Below are positions 60,125 to 64,000 of a DNA stretch of 64,000 nucleotides, in pieces. The number at the start of each line of letters is the position of its first letter. Position 1 is the stretch's first letter. The position numbers and the translations under genes were made by a program. The notes under the pieces are model-generated. The model was not told where the DNA came from, did no database searches, and saw nothing but the letters and a program-made list of their open reading frames with translations. The stretch comes from Cytophagales bacterium (GTDB lineage Bacteria; Bacteroidota; Bacteroidia; Cytophagales; JAAEPT01), in the NCBI GenBank assembly GCA_965224495.1, contig CBDCZI010000025.1, positions 243,495 to 307,494 of the forward strand, written 5' to 3'.

Positions 60125-60381
60125 TTTTAGAGGAGAAAAGTTTGTCTATTGGGTTTGAGGATTGAAAATAGAGGAGATAGACAGCCTTTTAGAAAATAAA
60201 TTTTATATAAAGTTTTGTGAATACCAATTATTATTCGCATCTTGTAGTCTATTCTGAAATCGAATCTATTAAAAAGTTGTCTTTTGGATCGGATAACGTG
60301 GTCTTTTTTAGAGTAGTATTTAGTAAGAAAGAGTTCTCTTTCTCTTAATATTTGAGTTGTCATAAGGAAAAATTTAGTGTT

Positions 60382-61409
60382 ATGAATAGTATTAGTTTGA
60401 TTAAAAAGGCCTTTTGGCACTAGCTTTGGGTGCGACTGCATTCTTGACTAGTTGTGGAGGAGGTTACGAAGGTGGGGGTGACCTTGTAGGTGTGCCTGAC
60501 CGTGAAGGATGGGGACAAACATTGCCTTTTGGTATGGTTGTGTGTCCTTCTGGAACATTTCATATGGGGCAGGCGGATGAAAACGTACCTTCGTCTCAAA
60601 CAAACCCTAACCGTCAGATAACGATTGGTGGGTTTTACATGGATGATACGGAAATCACAAATAATGAGTACCGTCAATTCGTTAACGCTATTTTAGAAGA
60701 TTCTTTAGAAGTGTTAGGTGAGGAGTATATTATGACTGAACTTTATCCTGATACTACTGTTTGGGTTAGAGATTTTACGCACCACATGGGAGATCCTATG
60801 ATGGAGTACTATTATATGCACCCTGCGTTTGATGAATATCCAGTGGTTGGTGTAGATTGGTTTGCTGCAAAATATTTTTGTGAGTGGAGAACGGATTACA
60901 TGAATGAATGGAGAGCTGAAAACGGATTGTTTGCTATGCCTAGATTTAGACTTCCTTCGGAAGCTGAGTGGGAATATGCAGCAAGAGGTGGTCGTGATAT
61001 GGCTAAATACCCATGGGGTAATCCTTATATTAGAAATGCAAAAGGTTGTATGTTAGCTAACTTTAAGCCAGGACGTGGTAACTATTATGATGATGGTTTC
61101 ATGTACACTGCGCCAGTAGCTTCTTACTTTTCAAATGATTACGGTCTTTATGATATGGCGGGAAATGTGGCCGAATGGTGTGAAGATGCTTTTGAGGAAG
61201 CAGCAGTGCCTAAGGTTTGGGATTTGAATCCTACATACTATAAAGATGATGAGCCAAGAAAATTAATCAGAGGTGGTTCTTGGAAAGATATCGCTTACTA
61301 CTTGGAAACAGGTACAAGAACTTACGAATACCAAGATACAACGAAGTCGTTTGTAGGTTTCAGAAGTGTAATGATTTATTTAGGTCGTTCGTCAGGATAC
61401 GAATTCTAA
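60382..61409 (+). CDS. gldK: Gliding-motility/T9SS lipoprotein GldK (PorK), FGE-sulfatase fold; signal peptide split by an apparent 1-nt indel
   Basis: The FGE-like core (RLPSEAEWEYAARGG...YDMAGNVAEWC...RGGSW) follows the lipobox LTSCGG. The ATG at 60382 encodes MNSISLIKKAF, then runs into a stop. The main frame is open only from TTG 60414. Confidence 0.85.
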
Positions 61410-61462
61410 AATGTTTGTTTAGTAAATTTTAATAATTAGTATAACTTTTAAATTTAATTAAT

Positions 61463-62266
61463 ATGTCGAAAGAAGGAGGATTTAAGGAAAAATTCTATGG
61501 GGATATAGCTCCAGTTATTACAGGTCTAGGTGCCGCAGTAGTTATTTTGGGTGCGTTGTTTAAAATTCAGCATTACCCAGGAGCAAGTTTAATGCTTATC
61601 GTGGGGCTTGGTACTGAAGCAGCATTGTTTGTAATGTTTGCATTTGCGCCAAAAGAGCCACATTACGATTGGGAAAAAGTTTATCCTCAATTAGCTGAAG
61701 AGTATGATTCTTACGATGATGAAGGAGGTCTTGCTATTGCAGATAACTCAAACGTTGTAGCTAAATTAGGAGATATGATGGCTGACTCAGGAATTAACGA
61801 AGATGTAATGTCTAAATTAGGAACTAGTTTTGCTTCTTTAAATGATACGGTTAGTCAAATTGGTGATTTATCAAGTGCAGCTTCTGCTTCATCTGATTAC
61901 GCTAACAAGGCAACTGAGGCGTCTAAGCAATTAGAAGCGGTAGGTGTTGCTTACAAAACAACTGCTGAAGCAATGTCAGGAATGGCTAATGCTGCAACTG
62001 ATGCTAAAGCATACCATACAGAAGTTCAAAATATTACAAAGAATTTAGGTTCTTTAAATGCTGTTTACGAAATGGAGTTACAAGATGCTAACAACCATAT
62101 CAAAGCGATGAACAAATTTTACGGTAACCTATCATCTGCAATGGAAAACATGACAGATGCAAGTAAAGATACTGAGAAAATGAAGACAGAGATTAGTAAA
62201 TTAACTACTAACTTGACTCAAATGAACTCAGTTTACGGTAACATGTTATCTGCAATGAAAGGGTAA
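61463..62266 (+). CDS. gldL: Gliding-motility/T9SS motor protein GldL (PorL)
   Basis: The two N-terminal TM helices carry the conserved GAAVVILGALFKIQH...GLGTEAALF. The cytoplasmic tail is helical. Confidence 0.9.
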   Translation: MSKEGGFKEKFYGDIAPVITGLGAAVVILGALFKIQHYPGASLMLIVGLGTEAALFVMFAFAPKEPHYDWEKVYPQLAEEYDSYDDEGGLAIADNSNVVAKLGDMMADSGINEDVMSKLGTSFASLNDTVSQIGDLSSAASASSDYANKATEASKQLEAVGVAYKTTAEAMSGMANAATDAKAYHTEVQNITKNLGSLNAVYEMELQDANNHIKAMNKFYGNLSSAMENMTDASKDTEKMKTEISKLTTNLTQMNSVYGNMLSAMKG

Positions 62267-62318
62267 TCCTTACATTGAAAATTAAATTATTGTTTTTAAA
62301 AATATAAACTATTGATAT

Positions 62319-64000
62319 ATGGCAGGTGGAAAAGAAACCCCACGTCAGAAAATGGTTGGGTTAATGTACTTGGTACTTCTTGCTCTTTTGGCTCTTCAAG
62401 TAGGGTCGGAGATAATGGTGAAGTTTCAACAACTAAACGACTCAATGCAATTTCTGGTAAAAGAATCTCAAGGTAAGTCACAAGGGATTTTGGCAAACAT
62501 TGGGGCAAAAGTAAAAGAAAGGGGTAGCAGACCAAAAGAGGTAAAAGCCCTTAATCAAGCAAATGCTTTGAATGCGCAAACAACGGCATTGATTTCTAAA
62601 ATTCAGAGCTATAAAGATGAGTTAATTGAATTGACTGGTGGCTATAACCTTGATGATGCGGGTGAAAAAATTAGTTACAAGGGGATGAAAGATTCAGACA
62701 ATACATCAATGTTGATGGTTGGTATTGGTGATGATCATCACCAATATAAGGACGCTAAGCAAAAAACTACCGACGGTAAAGGTTATGCTTGGTCTCTTCA
62801 AAAGGATTTGAATACTTTTATGGGGGTATTAAACAAAGCTTATGTAGATGTTGATATCGCTACAGGAGGAAAAGGTACTGATAAAGTTCACTTTGGCGAT
62901 AAATTAGCATTGAATGGTGATGAAGATCCCTTGTTTATGAAAACAGAGAACAAGAAAAAAACTTGGCCTATGTTGAACTTTGATCACACACCTATGATTG
63001 CTTCTTTGGCTTTCTTAACAGAAAAAACAGTCTAAGTTAGCTCAATTTGAAGGGGAGATTTTAGCTAAACTGAAAGGTGTAGTTGGAGCAGCTGATTTTA
63101 AAGTTGAAAAGTTAGATGTAATGGCTAATGCTGACGCAAGTACTGTGGCAGCAGGAACAAAGTACAAAGCGAGGATCTTTTTAACTGCCGATTTTGGTGA
63201 TAAAATGAAACCTGAAATTTCAGTTGGAGGTAGAAAATTAGCAGTTGTAGGAGGTGCAGCGGAGTATTCTTTTACTGCTAATACTGCGGGAGCTAAACCA
63301 AATAAAAATGGGTTGTATGTAAAAAGTTACACGGCTAAGATTGAAGTTCCAGATCCTTTAACTGGGAAAATGAAACCTCACATAAAGAAAGTTGAATATT
63401 TCGTTTCTAAACCAGTAATTCAGGTGATTAACGGAGGTAAACCAAAATTGTATAAAGATTGTGGTAACTTCTTGGAAATTAACGTACCTGCTTTAGGCGC
63501 TTTGTATTCTCCTTCTTTTAATGTGTCAGGAGCATCTTTGATTAAAGGGAAAGGAAAAGGATCGATTGTTGTAGTGCCAACAAAAGCATCTGTGGCACTT
63601 ACTGTAAATAGTGGAGGGAACAGAATTGGAGTAGAGCATTTTCAAGTAGTGTTAGTGCCTAAGCCTTCTATTGTTGCTACTTCTAGAGGTAGAGCAATTA
63701 ACCCAAAAGGGGTGAAAGCACCAGGTCCACGTAGTATCAAAATGGTTGCTAAAGCAGAACCTGGTTTCGCTAAAGCATTACCTAAAGATTCTAAGTATAG
63801 TGTAAGGGGATGGACAGCTACATTGGTAAGAGGAAAAAGACCAATGGGGACAAAGAAGTTCTCTAAACCAGATGGTAACTTGAGTTCTTTTGCTGCAAAA
63901 GCAAAAAATGGGGATCGTATTATGATTGAAGTTAAAAAGGTGTACAGAAGAACTTATACAGGTAAAAATGTAGCGGTTAGGATACCAATGACAATCATTA
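62319..64000 (+). CDS. gldM: Gliding-motility/T9SS protein GldM (PorM), interrupted by a frameshift; continues past the window end
   Basis: N-terminus MAGGKETPRQKMVGLMYLVLLALLAL is the GldM hallmark. Frame 1 stops at 63033-63035. The +1 frame is open from 63019 to 64000 and encodes the remaining GldM periplasmic domains (hand-translated, no stops). Confidence 0.85.

Noticed and set aside
60127-60441. 104-aa minus-strand ORF in the porP-gldK spacer.
   Set aside because: It is AT-rich intergenic sequence. The ORF overlaps the gldK signal-peptide region and has an implausible composition.

Overview
This 64-kb window looks like chromosomal DNA from a low-GC Bacteroidota genome, probably Flavobacteriia-like. 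The evidence is the gldK/gldL/gldM and porP/sprF type IX secretion (T9SS) genes, a TIGR04131-type C-terminal sorting domain, and TAnnTTTG-like promoter boxes.

Most of the window is core metabolism and cell envelope:
- a TPR / DUF4292 / EnvC-like M23 triad and murB
- sucA-sucB-lpdA and tRNA-Val(TAC)
- an AsmA-family protein, rluD, an MsbA-like ABC exporter, bcp and ilvA
- a ClC channel, a nitronate monooxygenase-like enzyme, an SF1 helicase and an EamA permease
- a czc-like RND metal-efflux operon
- UDP-glucuronate decarboxylase, a GH9 glycosidase, hemW, a WecA/MraY-family transferase, DUF4271 and hemD
- the porP-gldK-gldL-gldM T9SS core operon, which runs off the right edge

Five things stand out:
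1. A 3223-aa repeat-rich T9SS type-B-CTD surface protein is followed 1 nt later by an orphan Rhs-core toxin ORF with an unrecognised C-terminal domain. An AT-rich polytopic-membrane immunity candidate comes next, then about 1 kb of truncated fragments (IS3 orfA remnant, local repeat X).
2. Five dispersed copies of a 160-240-nt intergenic element have conserved blocks and compensatory changes in two helices. I could not assign it to any RNA or IS family I know.
3. A four-helix-bundle (23S-IVS-protein/Avd-like) gene sits between sucB and lpdA, bracketed by 31-nt inverted arms made of GTCGTRA heptamers.
4. CzcA and its TolC-like outer-membrane factor are joined in one 1449-codon frame. An internal signal-peptide-like segment sits at the junction.
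5. Single-base homopolymer indels split the gldK signal peptide and break gldM.

I saw no CRISPR array, rRNA, intact transposase or prophage genes. All functional calls rest on motif and family recognition by eye; no database search was possible.
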